The notes beneath the pieces were generated by a model. It did no database searches. It was not told where the DNA came from and saw nothing but the letters and a program-made list of their open reading frames with translations. A program made the position numbers and the translations under genes. Below, in pieces: positions 54,965-64,000 of a stretch of 64,000 bases of DNA; the stretch's first letter is position 1; the number at the start of each line of letters is the position of its first letter. Source of the DNA: Chitinophagales bacterium (GTDB lineage: Bacteria > Bacteroidota > Bacteroidia > Chitinophagales > LD1); NCBI GenBank assembly GCA_019638515.1, contig JAHBTS010000002.1:23395-87394 (forward strand). Direction: 5' to 3'.

Positions 54965-55687
54965 CTATAACTTAAAAGCATTATGTGCTGCTATGGTATC
55001 ATGTGTGAGTAGCATGGCTTTATCTCTAGAAGCGTAACATGCTCCTACGCCTGCAACTACATTACTAAGGTGCTGCTTTGCTAGTGCCTTTACTGCTTCT
55101 ATTTCACTTGCAGTGAAGCCGCCAACATAAGTAAATGCAATGCCTATTCCTTGCCAGCAATATGGTTGGTATTGCTCAGGAAGGCTACTAATTTGTTGTT
55201 GCACAGCCACAGCATCGCCTTTGCAATTGTACCAGCAACTGCGCCCCACTCCGGTGTAATAGCTATGATGATAGTTTGGATTTAGCTGCGGCAATGTAGA
55301 TGCAAGCACTTTCCTTTTTCTAAAGGTGCCTTCATAAAAGCCAAACCCATCGGCTACTTTTTGTTGAAGATGCTCGGGAAGAAATGAACATAAAGCAGCT
55401 ATATCAGTTTTACTGTTTTCGGCCAATGCCCAACCGAGTCCTACGCAAATTTGAGTTTCGTGAGCAGGGTGCTGCAATAAGAAATGATGCCAGTTGGTAG
55501 CTAAGTTATCTATGAAAGTACATGCAAAGTAATAAGATGCCCCCTCGTAATAGGCCGACAAAAATGGGTTGCTTAATATTGCCTTCGGTGGGTGAAAGGC
55601 GGCAACGTTGCATTGCTCGGCAAGTGCTTTGCCTTGCAAAAAAGATTGCTGTACCGCAGTAATGTTTTCTTGTATGGATGCAATCAC
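54965..55687 (-). CDS. hypothetical protein (recalls the DUF1702 repeat pattern), co-transcribed with the halogenase
   Basis: 240 aa with recurring YEG / GxGW / GFGFYEG / GVGRS / GIGIAF motifs. 4-nt overlap with the upstream gene. The family assignment is from memory only. Confidence 0.45.
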   Translation of the reverse strand: MIASIQENITAVQQSFLQGKALAEQCNVAAFHPPKAILSNPFLSAYYEGASYYFACTFIDNLATNWHHFLLQHPAHETQICVGLGWALAENSKTDIAALCSFLPEHLQQKVADGFGFYEGTFRKRKVLASTLPQLNPNYHHSYYTGVGRSCWYNCKGDAVAVQQQISSLPEQYQPYCWQGIGIAFTYVGGFTASEIEAVKALAKQHLSNVVAGVGACYASRDKAMLLTHDTIAAHNAFKL

Positions 55688-57375
55688 GCTGTTACTTTTT
55701 CACCATAAAACCACATGGTGGCAACATCTTTTCGAATAGCAAAATCCGGAGCTACATTTTGTTCATCGGCTACTTCGGTTGGTGGCAGTTTGTTTTCCGG
55801 GTCTAATTTCATTTCGTAAGGATTTACTTTTATATCCATACCTGTTCCTTTTACCTGTGCACTTACATGTCTAAAAATTTCAGCAGCAAATTTCTCTAAC
55901 AGTTGCATGTTGGCTGCAACTTTTTCTATTAGCTCGTTGCCGTGCAGCACATCTAAATCTTGTTGGAAATTGCGCAGTATTTCTAAGTCGTAGGGATCTA
56001 TGAATTTATGCTCAAAGATTTCATTTTCATAAGGCAGCCAGTCTAAAAATAGTTGTTGTACATTATTGCCCAACTTACCCAATTTTCGCCCTAAGCTATC
56101 GGGTGTGGCAAATAATTGCTTTAGAAGGCGCAAGTCGGTAAATGCTTTATTGGTAAACAATAAGGTTGGTACAGCCCAATACACTGCCCAGTCCCAAAAT
56201 ATTTTAAACACCATTATTTGCGAACTGCCCATTAGTAAGTATTTATTTTGGTAAATGGGAATCCAGCTATCAATTAAGCCTAGGTAAGTTTGCTCGTATA
56301 TTTCGGCTCTTATAGATACATCTTCACCATTTTTGTCGCGCAGAATAAGGTCGCTAAGCAGTGTGTTGCTCAGCGAAATTAAATCTGTGCCGGGCGAGTA
56401 AAGCGGATCTAAAAATGCACCGGATTCTCCGGTGGTAGCCCATTTTTCTACACCATCGTAAAGCCGTGCCGAGTGATGCGCAAAGTGGCGTAGAATTTTA
56501 AAATCCAATACATTTTCTTTTTCGGGTGCCAATTTCTGATGGCACAGCGGCTCGTTTATCCGCAGCCATTCTATGGCGGCCTCGTAAGTATTGAACGTTT
56601 CAAAAGGGTGAACGGCAGGGTCGGCCACAATGCCTATACTGGTATTTTTTGTTCCTAATGGAATTATCCAAACCCAGTATCCTTTATCCATAAAATGCAC
56701 GGTGCTCAAGTAGCGCAGGCCCGAAACCAAATAATTCTTCCACTGCTCGTTTTCGCTCCAATTGTCTATATCAATTACACCTTTTATGCGCCACCACACA
56801 GCATTGCAATGGTGCTCCATTGGTTTTTGAAAATTTAGTTTCTTCTTCAATAAGTTGATGCGGCTGGCGGCATCTACAATCCATGTGGCATGTGCTGTTT
56901 GCTGTATTCCGTTTGCTAAATAAGTAACGCTGTTGTTTCCTGCTTCAATAGAAATGTCGGTAACGCGGGCATCTAACTGCAGCTGTGTTCCTAATGCAAT
57001 TGTTTTTTCTGTAAGGTAATTTTCAAATGTTCCTCTATCTAACTGGTGGCTAGGAGTTTTTAGCCATTGGCGGGGACCCAGTTCCACTCGCGAAGTAATT
57101 TCAGCTTTGTTATGCGATTTGAAAAAGAAACGCAAACCATGTTTGGGCAGTTCATGTGCTTCTAAATAATCTTTTAAACCCAATACTTCGCGCAAGTAAT
57201 GGCTGCCTAACTCTACCGAAGATTCGCCTACTTTATGTGCAGCAATGGCGGCAGAACCTTTTCTTTTTTCTAGTATTAAAATATTGATATTGGGATTGCT
57301 TTGTTTAAGTTGAATGGAAAGGGTGAGTCCGGCTAATCCTCCTCCGGCTATAATTACATCGTATGATTGTTGCAT
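55684..57375 (-). CDS. flavin-dependent halogenase-like FAD oxidoreductase
   Basis: 563 aa. GGGLAG (GxGxxG), WVWIIP (WxWxIP) and FLDPLYSPG (FxxPxxSxG), the three signature motifs of flavin-dependent halogenases. Confidence 0.7.
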   Translation of the reverse strand: MQQSYDVIIAGGGLAGLTLSIQLKQSNPNINILILEKRKGSAAIAAHKVGESSVELGSHYLREVLGLKDYLEAHELPKHGLRFFFKSHNKAEITSRVELGPRQWLKTPSHQLDRGTFENYLTEKTIALGTQLQLDARVTDISIEAGNNSVTYLANGIQQTAHATWIVDAASRINLLKKKLNFQKPMEHHCNAVWWRIKGVIDIDNWSENEQWKNYLVSGLRYLSTVHFMDKGYWVWIIPLGTKNTSIGIVADPAVHPFETFNTYEAAIEWLRINEPLCHQKLAPEKENVLDFKILRHFAHHSARLYDGVEKWATTGESGAFLDPLYSPGTDLISLSNTLLSDLILRDKNGEDVSIRAEIYEQTYLGLIDSWIPIYQNKYLLMGSSQIMVFKIFWDWAVYWAVPTLLFTNKAFTDLRLLKQLFATPDSLGRKLGKLGNNVQQLFLDWLPYENEIFEHKFIDPYDLEILRNFQQDLDVLHGNELIEKVAANMQLLEKFAAEIFRHVSAQVKGTGMDIKVNPYEMKLDPENKLPPTEVADEQNVAPDFAIRKDVATMWFYGEKVTA

Positions 57376-57440
57376 GTGAATATTGTTGGCGGCACAAAGT
57401 ATGGAATTTACAAGAACAAAATTATGATATTACTCCTTGT

Positions 57441-58133
57441 TTATTTTGAGGCTAAAAGCCTTTTTACCAGCTGCGGCACGGCATTGCCTGCTTTGCTTGC
57501 AATAGATTCTACTCCGGGAATAAATGTTTGGTGCGCTTGTGGATCTATGTAAAATTTATTTGAAAATTTAGAAGCATAATGAACCAAACCTGCAGCAGGA
57601 TACACTTGCATGGAAGTGCCAATAATGATAACAATATCGGCATCCGGCATTGCAGCAATGGCTTCTTCCATTTTAGGAACTGCTTCGCCAAACCACACAA
57701 TATGCGGGCGCAATTGCGAGCCAAGCGTACAAGTGTCGCCTATTCTAATATCTTGCCTCCATTCATAAACCAATATTTCGTTTTTGGTACTGCGTGCTTT
57801 TAGCAATTCTCCATGAAGATGTATTACATGCGAAGATCCTGCACGCTCATGTAAATCGTCTACGTTTTGAGTAATAATGGTTACTTGAAACTGTTGCTCT
57901 AAAGCAACCAATGCCAAATGTGCAGCATTAGGTTCTACTTGCAATAATTGACTTCTTCGAGCATTGTAAAATTCTAGTACCAATGATGGATTCTTACGCC
58001 ATGCTTCGGGTGTGGCCACATCTTCAATCCTATGTTTTTCCCATAACCCATCGGCATCTCTAAATGTTTGAATACCGCTTTCGGCACTTATTCCGGCACC
58101 TGTGAGTACCACAATCTTTTCTTTTATGCTCAT
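57441..58133 (-). CDS. NAD-dependent protein deacylase, Sir2 family
   Basis: 230 aa. GAGISAESGIQTFRD, TQNVDDLH and HG motifs. Confidence 0.85.
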   Translation of the reverse strand: MSIKEKIVVLTGAGISAESGIQTFRDADGLWEKHRIEDVATPEAWRKNPSLVLEFYNARRSQLLQVEPNAAHLALVALEQQFQVTIITQNVDDLHERAGSSHVIHLHGELLKARSTKNEILVYEWRQDIRIGDTCTLGSQLRPHIVWFGEAVPKMEEAIAAMPDADIVIIIGTSMQVYPAAGLVHYASKFSNKFYIDPQAHQTFIPGVESIASKAGNAVPQLVKRLLASK

Positions 58134-58192
58134 GAATGAAAAATATAAAATTAGAACGTAAACTTGCCCAAAGTTTCAACTAAAAAACAACC

Positions 58193-59230
58193 ATGTTTTA
58201 TATTCATAAAAGTGCATGCATTTCGCCTCAACACACCTTTGGCACTCCGGTTTTAGAGCAACAAAAGGTGTATGATAATAACCAAATGCACGCTATTGAG
58301 CCTGTTTATGAAGGTGTTCCTCCCGGACAGTTGCGCAGAATGGGCAAGGCGCTGCGAATGGGTGTGGGCAGCGGCATGAGTTTATTGAAACATCATGTGG
58401 TAGATGGCATTATTATTGGCACGGCTAATGGTGGCATAGAAGACAGTATCAGTTTTTTAAATCAAATTGAAGAATATGCCGAAGGGCGTTTAACGCCAAC
58501 ACATTTTGTGCAAAGTACTTTTAATGCCATTGCAGGCATGATGGGTTTAATTACAAAAAACAAAGGCTACAATGCCACGCATGTGCATCGCGGAGCTGCA
58601 TTTGAAAATGTGCTTATAGATGCCGTCATGCTACTTAAGGAAAATACTAGTCATCAATATTTAATTGGTGCAGTAGATGAAATTTCGGTGCGTAATTACC
58701 GCATGGAATCGCTTGCCGGTTGGTATAAAAAGGAGATTATTCCAAGCAATGAAATGTTTAGCCATATTTCGGCAGGAATGATTCCGGGAGAAGGTGCCGC
58801 CATGTTTTTGGTGAGCAATCAATCTGAAGGTGCTGTGGCACAGATGTGTGCAACCACTTCGTTTTTTGGTAAAGACGAAGCAACCTTACAAGCGCAGTTG
58901 GCTTCCTTTCTTGCAGCCAACAACATTGATGTGCAGGAAGTTGATTTGCTATTGAGTGGCTATAATGCAGATGAACGCTTTACTCATTTTTACGATATGG
59001 TAGAGGCTGCCTTTGCTTCAAAAGGCATTGCTCGATTTAAGCAGCTAACGGGCGATTTTCAAACAGTAAGTGCATTGGCAGTGTGGTGGGCGGTTCAATT
59101 ACTTCACCAAAAAGAAATTCCCGGTTTTATGTTGGTTACAGGCAATGCTGCCATAATTCCTAAGTATATCTTAATTTACAACAACTACAGAGGCGAGCAG
59201 CATAGTTTTATATTGCTTAAAAGACCGTAG
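58193..59230 (+). CDS. beta-ketoacyl synthase-like protein lacking the active-site Cys (chain-length-factor-like)
   Basis: 345 aa with a thiolase-fold-like layout. The position of the KS Cys reads QSTFNAIAG. Confidence 0.5.
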   Translation: MFYIHKSACISPQHTFGTPVLEQQKVYDNNQMHAIEPVYEGVPPGQLRRMGKALRMGVGSGMSLLKHHVVDGIIIGTANGGIEDSISFLNQIEEYAEGRLTPTHFVQSTFNAIAGMMGLITKNKGYNATHVHRGAAFENVLIDAVMLLKENTSHQYLIGAVDEISVRNYRMESLAGWYKKEIIPSNEMFSHISAGMIPGEGAAMFLVSNQSEGAVAQMCATTSFFGKDEATLQAQLASFLAANNIDVQEVDLLLSGYNADERFTHFYDMVEAAFASKGIARFKQLTGDFQTVSALAVWWAVQLLHQKEIPGFMLVTGNAAIIPKYILIYNNYRGEQHSFILLKRP

Positions 59231-59694
59231 TGCTTATGTCCAAAGATATATGGATTGCCTTAGTGCGCTATTGCAGTTATCAAGAACGGTGCAAAAGCGA
59301 TGTGGTAAAGAAAATGCAGCAACTAGAAGTGCCTCCGGCAGAATTTGGAAACTGGATAGCCAAACTGCAAGCCGAAAATTTTTTGAATGAATTGCGTTTC
59401 ACAAAAGGCTTTGTAAACGGCAGGTTTAAAAATAAAGGCTGGGGAGTTGGCAAACTAAAGCGCGAATTAGCAGCAAGAAAAGTTGAGGAGTCTATTATTC
59501 AACAGGTGCTTGCCGAAGAAATTGATTCGGAAAGCTATGAGCAAAAAGCGCTGTGGGTAGCAGAAAAAAAATGGAAATCCATAAAAGGAAAAACCACAAT
59601 GGAGCGTCAACTAAAGTTGCAAAAATTCTTATTAGGTAAAGGCTTTGAGTTTGCTGTTGTAAAAGAATTGATAAAGAAAAATTTTCAGCAGTAG
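59230..59694 (+). CDS. recX: regulatory protein RecX
   Basis: 154 aa. ALVRYCSYQERCKSDVVKKM and a three-repeat helical layout typical of RecX. The start may be the ATG at 59236. Confidence 0.7.
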   Translation: MLMSKDIWIALVRYCSYQERCKSDVVKKMQQLEVPPAEFGNWIAKLQAENFLNELRFTKGFVNGRFKNKGWGVGKLKRELAARKVEESIIQQVLAEEIDSESYEQKALWVAEKKWKSIKGKTTMERQLKLQKFLLGKGFEFAVVKELIKKNFQQ

Positions 59695-59702
59695 GTTATT
59701 CT

Positions 59703-60185
59703 TTATTTCTTTTCAGCCTTTGCCTTTTGGCTCTTTGCCCACTCTAAATTGTTTTTAGCCAATTGAAAATCGGGCTTCAATTGTAGCGCTTTTTCACAAG
59801 CTGCAATTTCCATATCCCAATTTTCTAATGCACCATACGCGGCTGCAATATTATTGTACGCCACAGCTTGTTTGCCATCGGAATCAATTGCCTTTTGGGT
59901 GGCTTCGATACTTTTTTCATACATACCTGCTTGAAAATATGCCAAACCCAAATTCAAATAAGATTGATACCCCGGGTTGGCGGTAGCGGCTTTTTCGGCT
60001 GCTTCAACCGCAGATGCAAAAGAGGCGGAAGAAGATGAGGGCGCTGTAATAACTTGGTTGTTGCTTGGCAATATAGGCGCCTGTGTTTCTCTAATTAAAT
60101 TGGCATAAACCAAGTAGCCAATTGGCATGGCAATTAGCAGTGTAAAAACTAATGTGTAGTGCTTTGGATGCTTATCTGTCTTCAT
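59703..60185 (-). CDS. membrane-anchored TPR protein
   Basis: 160 aa. One N-terminal TM helix followed by TPR-like units (YLNLGLAYFQAGMYEKSIEATQKAI...). Confidence 0.6.
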   Translation of the reverse strand: MKTDKHPKHYTLVFTLLIAMPIGYLVYANLIRETQAPILPSNNQVITAPSSSSASFASAVEAAEKAATANPGYQSYLNLGLAYFQAGMYEKSIEATQKAIDSDGKQAVAYNNIAAAYGALENWDMEIAACEKALQLKPDFQLAKNNLEWAKSQKAKAEKK

Positions 60186-60402
60186 AATACAATGCCCAAA
60201 ATTGCTAAAACTTAGGCGGTCTTAAAATTTATTTAGCAAGAATTATTGTGCTATTGTGGTTTAAGCACACTGCTTTCTTTTAAATTCACTAATCTTCTTT
60301 TTATAGTTTACTCTCAATAGAGCTATAGAAAAAAATGAGCGCTCAAAATAATTTCTACTTTTACGCGTCTAACATCTTCAAACTTCAAAAAAAAGCAACA
60401 CC

Positions 60403-60981
60403 ATGAAAAACCTTCTTAAATTATTATCTGTATTTATTCTTGCATTATCGCTTTCGTCTTGCAGCTATAATAGTTTAGTAAAAGAGCGCGAAGCAGTTAC
60501 AGCACAATGGGCAAATGTAGAAACTGCCTACCAGCGCAGAGCAGATTTAATTCCCAACTTGGTTAATACCGTAAAAGGTTATGCCAACTTTGAACAACAA
60601 ACACTTACAGCCGTAGTAGAAGCGCGTGCAAAAGCCACTAGCATTCAGGTAAATGCCAATGATTTAACTGAAGAAAACATTGCAAAATTCCAAGCAGCAC
60701 AAAGTGAGCTAAAAGGGGCATTGTCGCGTTTGTTGGCAACCGTAGAGAGCTATCCGGAATTAAAGGCAAATCAGAACTTTTTAGAGTTGCAAGCTCAATT
60801 AGAAGGCACTGAAAATCGCATTAGTGTAGAGCGCAATAAATACAATCAGTTGGCGCAAGAATACAATGCGCATACGCAATCGTTTCCTGCATTGATTACT
60901 GCAAAAATGTTTGGCTTCCAAGCTAAGGCATACTTTAAAGCCGATGCCGGAACCGAGAAAGCACCAAGCGTGAAATTCTAA
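60403..60981 (+). CDS. lemA: LemA family protein
   Basis: 192 aa. Lipoprotein-like signal (LSSC). AQWANVETAYQRRADLIPNLV is the LemA hallmark. Confidence 0.85.
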   Translation: MKNLLKLLSVFILALSLSSCSYNSLVKEREAVTAQWANVETAYQRRADLIPNLVNTVKGYANFEQQTLTAVVEARAKATSIQVNANDLTEENIAKFQAAQSELKGALSRLLATVESYPELKANQNFLELQAQLEGTENRISVERNKYNQLAQEYNAHTQSFPALITAKMFGFQAKAYFKADAGTEKAPSVKF

Positions 60982-60992
60982 CTAGAAAACCT

Positions 60993-61433
60993 ATGAGTTT
61001 ATTTGCTAAACAACTCATTGGCAATAGCCAAATTGAGGAAATAAAACGCGCCATTCAGCAGGCCGAAAAAAACACCTCGGGCGAAATTAGAGTGCATATA
61101 GAAAAGCATTGCAAGCAAGACGTATTGCATCGTGCAGCTGCAATTTTTCATTCTTTAAAGATGGATGAAACCGAAGCCCGAAATGGCGTGCTTATTTATG
61201 TGGCATTAGGCGATAAAACGTTTGCAATAGTTGGCGATAAGGGAATTGACTCCAAAGTGCCTCCCGATTTTTGGGAAAGCACCAAGCACACAATGCTTCA
61301 GCATTTTAAACAAGAGCAAATTGCCGAAGGTATTATTGCCGGAATTCATTTGGCGGGCGAAAAACTCAAAACATTTTTTCCTTACATGCAGGGCGATAAA
61401 AATGAATTGAGCGATGATGTTAGTTTTTCTTAA
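60993..61433 (+). CDS. TPM domain-containing protein
   Basis: 146 aa. A TPM/TLP18.3-like domain (SGEIRVHIE...VLIYVALGDKTFAIVGD) in the conserved lemA-TPM-TPM gene order. Confidence 0.7.
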   Translation: MSLFAKQLIGNSQIEEIKRAIQQAEKNTSGEIRVHIEKHCKQDVLHRAAAIFHSLKMDETEARNGVLIYVALGDKTFAIVGDKGIDSKVPPDFWESTKHTMLQHFKQEQIAEGIIAGIHLAGEKLKTFFPYMQGDKNELSDDVSFS

Positions 61434-61459
61434 TGTGCAGTAAGTTCTAATTTGTAAAC

Positions 61460-62230
61460 ATGACTTGTAGAAAATATATCGGTTGGAGAGGATTGCTTTT
61501 GGTGCTTTTATTTTGGCACGGAAGCATTGCTGCGCAATTCCCCGAAAGTCCCAATCCTCCCAAATTGGTAAATGATTTTGCCGGATTTCTTTCGGCAAAC
61601 GAAGTGCAAGCTCTGGAGCAAAAATTGGTAGCTTTTGACGATTCTACTTCTACCCAAATTTCTATTGTTACCATTAGCGACATTGGCGCTTACGACATTA
61701 GTGATTATGCCTTTCAATTAGGCGAAAAGTGGGGCATTGGGAGGAAGCAGAAAAACAATGGAGTACTAATTTTGGCAGCCAAAGCTCAGCGCAAGGTTTT
61801 TATTGCCACAGGGTATGGAATAGAAGATGTGTTGCCCGATGCTATTTGTAAAAGAATTGTAGAGCAAATAATTATACCCAATTTTAAATCAGGCAATTTT
61901 TACAAAGGGTTCGATAACGCCACCAATGAAATTATAGCGCGCACCACCGGAAAGTTCGATGCAGAACCCGAAGCCAATAAAGAGGGTATTCCTTTATGGG
62001 TTATCATATTGATTCTCATAATTATTATAGTAATTATCTCTGTGGCAAGTTCTGGTAGTAATGGCGGAGGTACTATTTCGGGCAGAGGCGTAAGAGGTTT
62101 TGGGAGCGGCCCTGTTGTGTGGGGAGGCGGTTTTGGAAGGAGTGGAGGAGGCTTCAGTAGTGGTGGTGGCGGTTTTGGAGGCTTTGGAGGTGGAAGTTTT
62201 GGAGGAGGCGGAGCCGGAGGTAGTTGGTAG
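61460..62230 (+). CDS. TPM domain-containing protein with TM helix and Gly-rich tail (YgcG-like)
   Basis: 256 aa. VNDFAGFLS...STQISIVTI TPM domain, a TM helix (LWVIILILIIIIVIISV), and a GGGFGG-rich C-terminus. Confidence 0.75.
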   Translation: MTCRKYIGWRGLLLVLLFWHGSIAAQFPESPNPPKLVNDFAGFLSANEVQALEQKLVAFDDSTSTQISIVTISDIGAYDISDYAFQLGEKWGIGRKQKNNGVLILAAKAQRKVFIATGYGIEDVLPDAICKRIVEQIIIPNFKSGNFYKGFDNATNEIIARTTGKFDAEPEANKEGIPLWVIILILIIIIVIISVASSGSNGGGTISGRGVRGFGSGPVVWGGGFGRSGGGFSSGGGGFGGFGGGSFGGGGAGGSW

Positions 62231-62352
62231 TGCTTTAGGCACTCAACTGCTTGTGTTTATCGGGTGTAACACATATTGGCATCATCTTTTTTGCTAATTA
62301 CTGAAAAACACTATCGCAAATCCCGAATTACCTTGTACTTTCGCGCCCGCTT

Positions 62353-64000
62353 ATGATTGCTATATCTAATGTTTTCCTTGCTTTTGGTGGAAGAACCATG
62401 TTTGATGAAATAAGTTTCCTCATCAACAAAAACGATAAAATTGGCTTAGTTGGAAGAAATGGTGCCGGAAAATCTACACTGCTAAAAGTGTTGAAAGGCG
62501 TGCAGCAAATTGACGGTGGCGATATTATGTATCCCAAGGGAACCATCATAGGTTACCTTCCGCAAGAAATAAACTCACAGTCTAAACTTTCGGTAATAGA
62601 CGAAACCAAACGCGCTTTTGAAGAAACTTTAGCAATGCTTACTCGCAAAGATAAAGTGGTACATGAACTAGAAACCCGTACCGACTACGAAAGCGATGAA
62701 TACATGGAGTTGATTAACGAAATGCAGGAAATAGAGCATCAGTTAGAAATTCATGATGCGTATGGTATGGATGAACAAACCGAACGCGTACTTAAAGGAT
62801 TAGGTTTCGACCAAGCCGATTTTGAAAAGAATGTAAGCCAACTAAGCGGAGGTTGGCAAATGCGTATTGAACTGGCCAAAATTTTGTTGCAAAAACCAGA
62901 TTTGGTTTTGTTAGATGAGCCTACCAACCACTTAGATATTGAGTCTGTAATCTGGCTCGAAAAATTTTTGAAGGACTATCCCGGAGCCATTATGATGGTA
63001 AGCCACGATAGAACTTTCTTAGACAATATTACCAATCGCACCATAGAAGTTGTGAGTGGCGATATTGAAGACTATCCCGTGCCTTACACCAAATATACAG
63101 TGTTGCGTACAGAGCGCAGAGAGCAAGTTTCTAATGCCGCTAAAAACCAGCAGCGCGAAATTGCACAAATAGAGCGTAACATAGAGCGTTTTAGAGCCAA
63201 AGCATCTAAAGCCACCTTCGCTCAATCGCTCATTAAAAAGCTCGATAAAATGGAGCGCATAGAAGTAGAAGAAGAAAATGTAGCAGCAATAAACTTGCGT
63301 TTTCCTCCGGCACAGGCATCGGGCAAAGTGGTTTTAACCGCAGAAAACATTACCAAAAAGTACGGAGAAAAAATAGTAATAAACAACCAAAGCTTAGAAA
63401 TAAACAGAGGCGAAAAAGTTGCTTTCCTTGGCAAAAATGGCATGGGAAAAACTACCTTTTCGCGCATATTAGTAAATGATTTAACTGCCAACAGCGGCAC
63501 CATTACTTTAGGCCACAATGTAACTATTGGCTACTACGCCCAACATGCGGCCGACAGTATGGACCCTAACGACACCGTACTCGAAACTGTTGATCGAGTA
63601 GCCGTTGGCGATATAAGAACCAAATTGCGCGACTTACTGGGCGCTTTCCTTTTTAAAGGAGATGATGCTTACAAAAAAGTAAAAGTGCTGAGCGGTGGCG
63701 AAAAAGGAAGACTAGCACTTTGCCGATTGATATTGGAGCCAAGAAATTTTTTGGTACTAGATGAGCCCACCAACCACTTAGATATGCTTTCAAAAGAAAT
63801 TTTGAAAAATGCCCTCAATAACTTTGAAGGAACGGTATTGATAATTAGCCACGATAGAGATTTCTTAGAAGGGCTTACCAATAAAATTTTTGAATTCACC
63901 AAAGATGGCATCAACGAACACTTAGGAAGCATAAATGAATTCTTAGATAAAAAAGCTGCGGAAGATATGCGCGCCTGGGAAGCCGAAAAAGAAGCCAAAG
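62353..64000 (+). CDS. ABC-F family ATPase (partial; runs off the right window edge)
   Basis: Not in the track because it is open to the edge. Hand translation from ATG 62353 gives MIAISNVFLAFGGRTMFDEISFLINKNDKIGLVGRNGAGKSTLLKVL.... Two ABC cassettes are present (LSGGWQMRIELAK...LLDEPTNHLD; GKNGMGKTT...LSGGEKGRLAL...LDEPTNHLD). Confidence 0.85.
   Translation, partial: MIAISNVFLAFGGRTMFDEISFLINKNDKIGLVGRNGAGKSTLLKVLKGVQQIDGGDIMYPKGTIIGYLPQEINSQSKLSVIDETKRAFEETLAMLTRKDKVVHELETRTDYESDEYMELINEMQEIEHQLEIHDAYGMDEQTERVLKGLGFDQADFEKNVSQLSGGWQMRIELAKILLQKPDLVLLDEPTNHLDIESVIWLEKFLKDYPGAIMMVSHDRTFLDNITNRTIEVVSGDIEDYPVPYTKYTVLRTERREQVSNAAKNQQREIAQIERNIERFRAKASKATFAQSLIKKLDKMERIEVEEENVAAINLRFPPAQASGKVVLTAENITKKYGEKIVINNQSLEINRGEKVAFLGKNGMGKTTFSRILVNDLTANSGTITLGHNVTIGYYAQHAADSMDPNDTVLETVDRVAVGDIRTKLRDLLGAFLFKGDDAYKKVKVLSGGEKGRLALCRLILEPRNFLVLDEPTNHLDMLSKEILKNALNNFEGTVLIISHDRDFLEGLTNKIFEFTKDGINEHLGSINEFLDKKAAEDMRAWEAEKEAK

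Overview
The window looks like a Bacteroidota chromosome segment. Evidence: T9SS C-terminal sorting domains, SprB repeats, a gliding-motility type-B sorting domain, and TTG/TAnnTTTG promoter motifs. Most of it is housekeeping (dnaA, dapA, accA, accC, folE, prmA, rdgB, pbpC, recX, a Glu/Leu/Phe/Val dehydrogenase, a fused 2-oxoacid dehydrogenase E1, tRNA-Asp).

The exception is an accessory block at about 37.2-50.6 kb, between a 5'-nucleotidase/dnaA and pbpC. It holds a complete type II-C CRISPR-Cas locus: a divergent tracrRNA that I predict at 37226..37328 (-), cas9 (1223 aa), cas1, cas2, and an array of 40 identical 46-nt repeats with 39 spacers at 42621..45619.

The part most worth a second look lies beyond the array. 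A parD/parE cassette (parE frameshifted) is bounded by imperfect inverted repeats. After it come two solitary variant copies of the CRISPR repeat (46451..46496 and 50519..50564). They share a substitution absent from all 40 array repeats and a 13-nt flank. Together they bracket about 4 kb carrying a T9SS cargo operon and a Fic toxin with a convergent FicA-like ORF. Each solitary repeat sits just upstream of, and in the same orientation as, a toxin module, in the crRNA sense strand.

Other items:
- a 141-nt tRNA-like RNA with a canonical tRNA scaffold but an aberrant anticodon loop and a giant variable arm
- a 106-aa peptide with four ITGGYGDLF units
- a protein with T9SS CTD-like domains at both ends
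- a flavin-dependent halogenase operon

Everything here comes from reading the sequence and from motif recall. No searches or computations were run, spacers were not screened for targets, and base composition was not computed.
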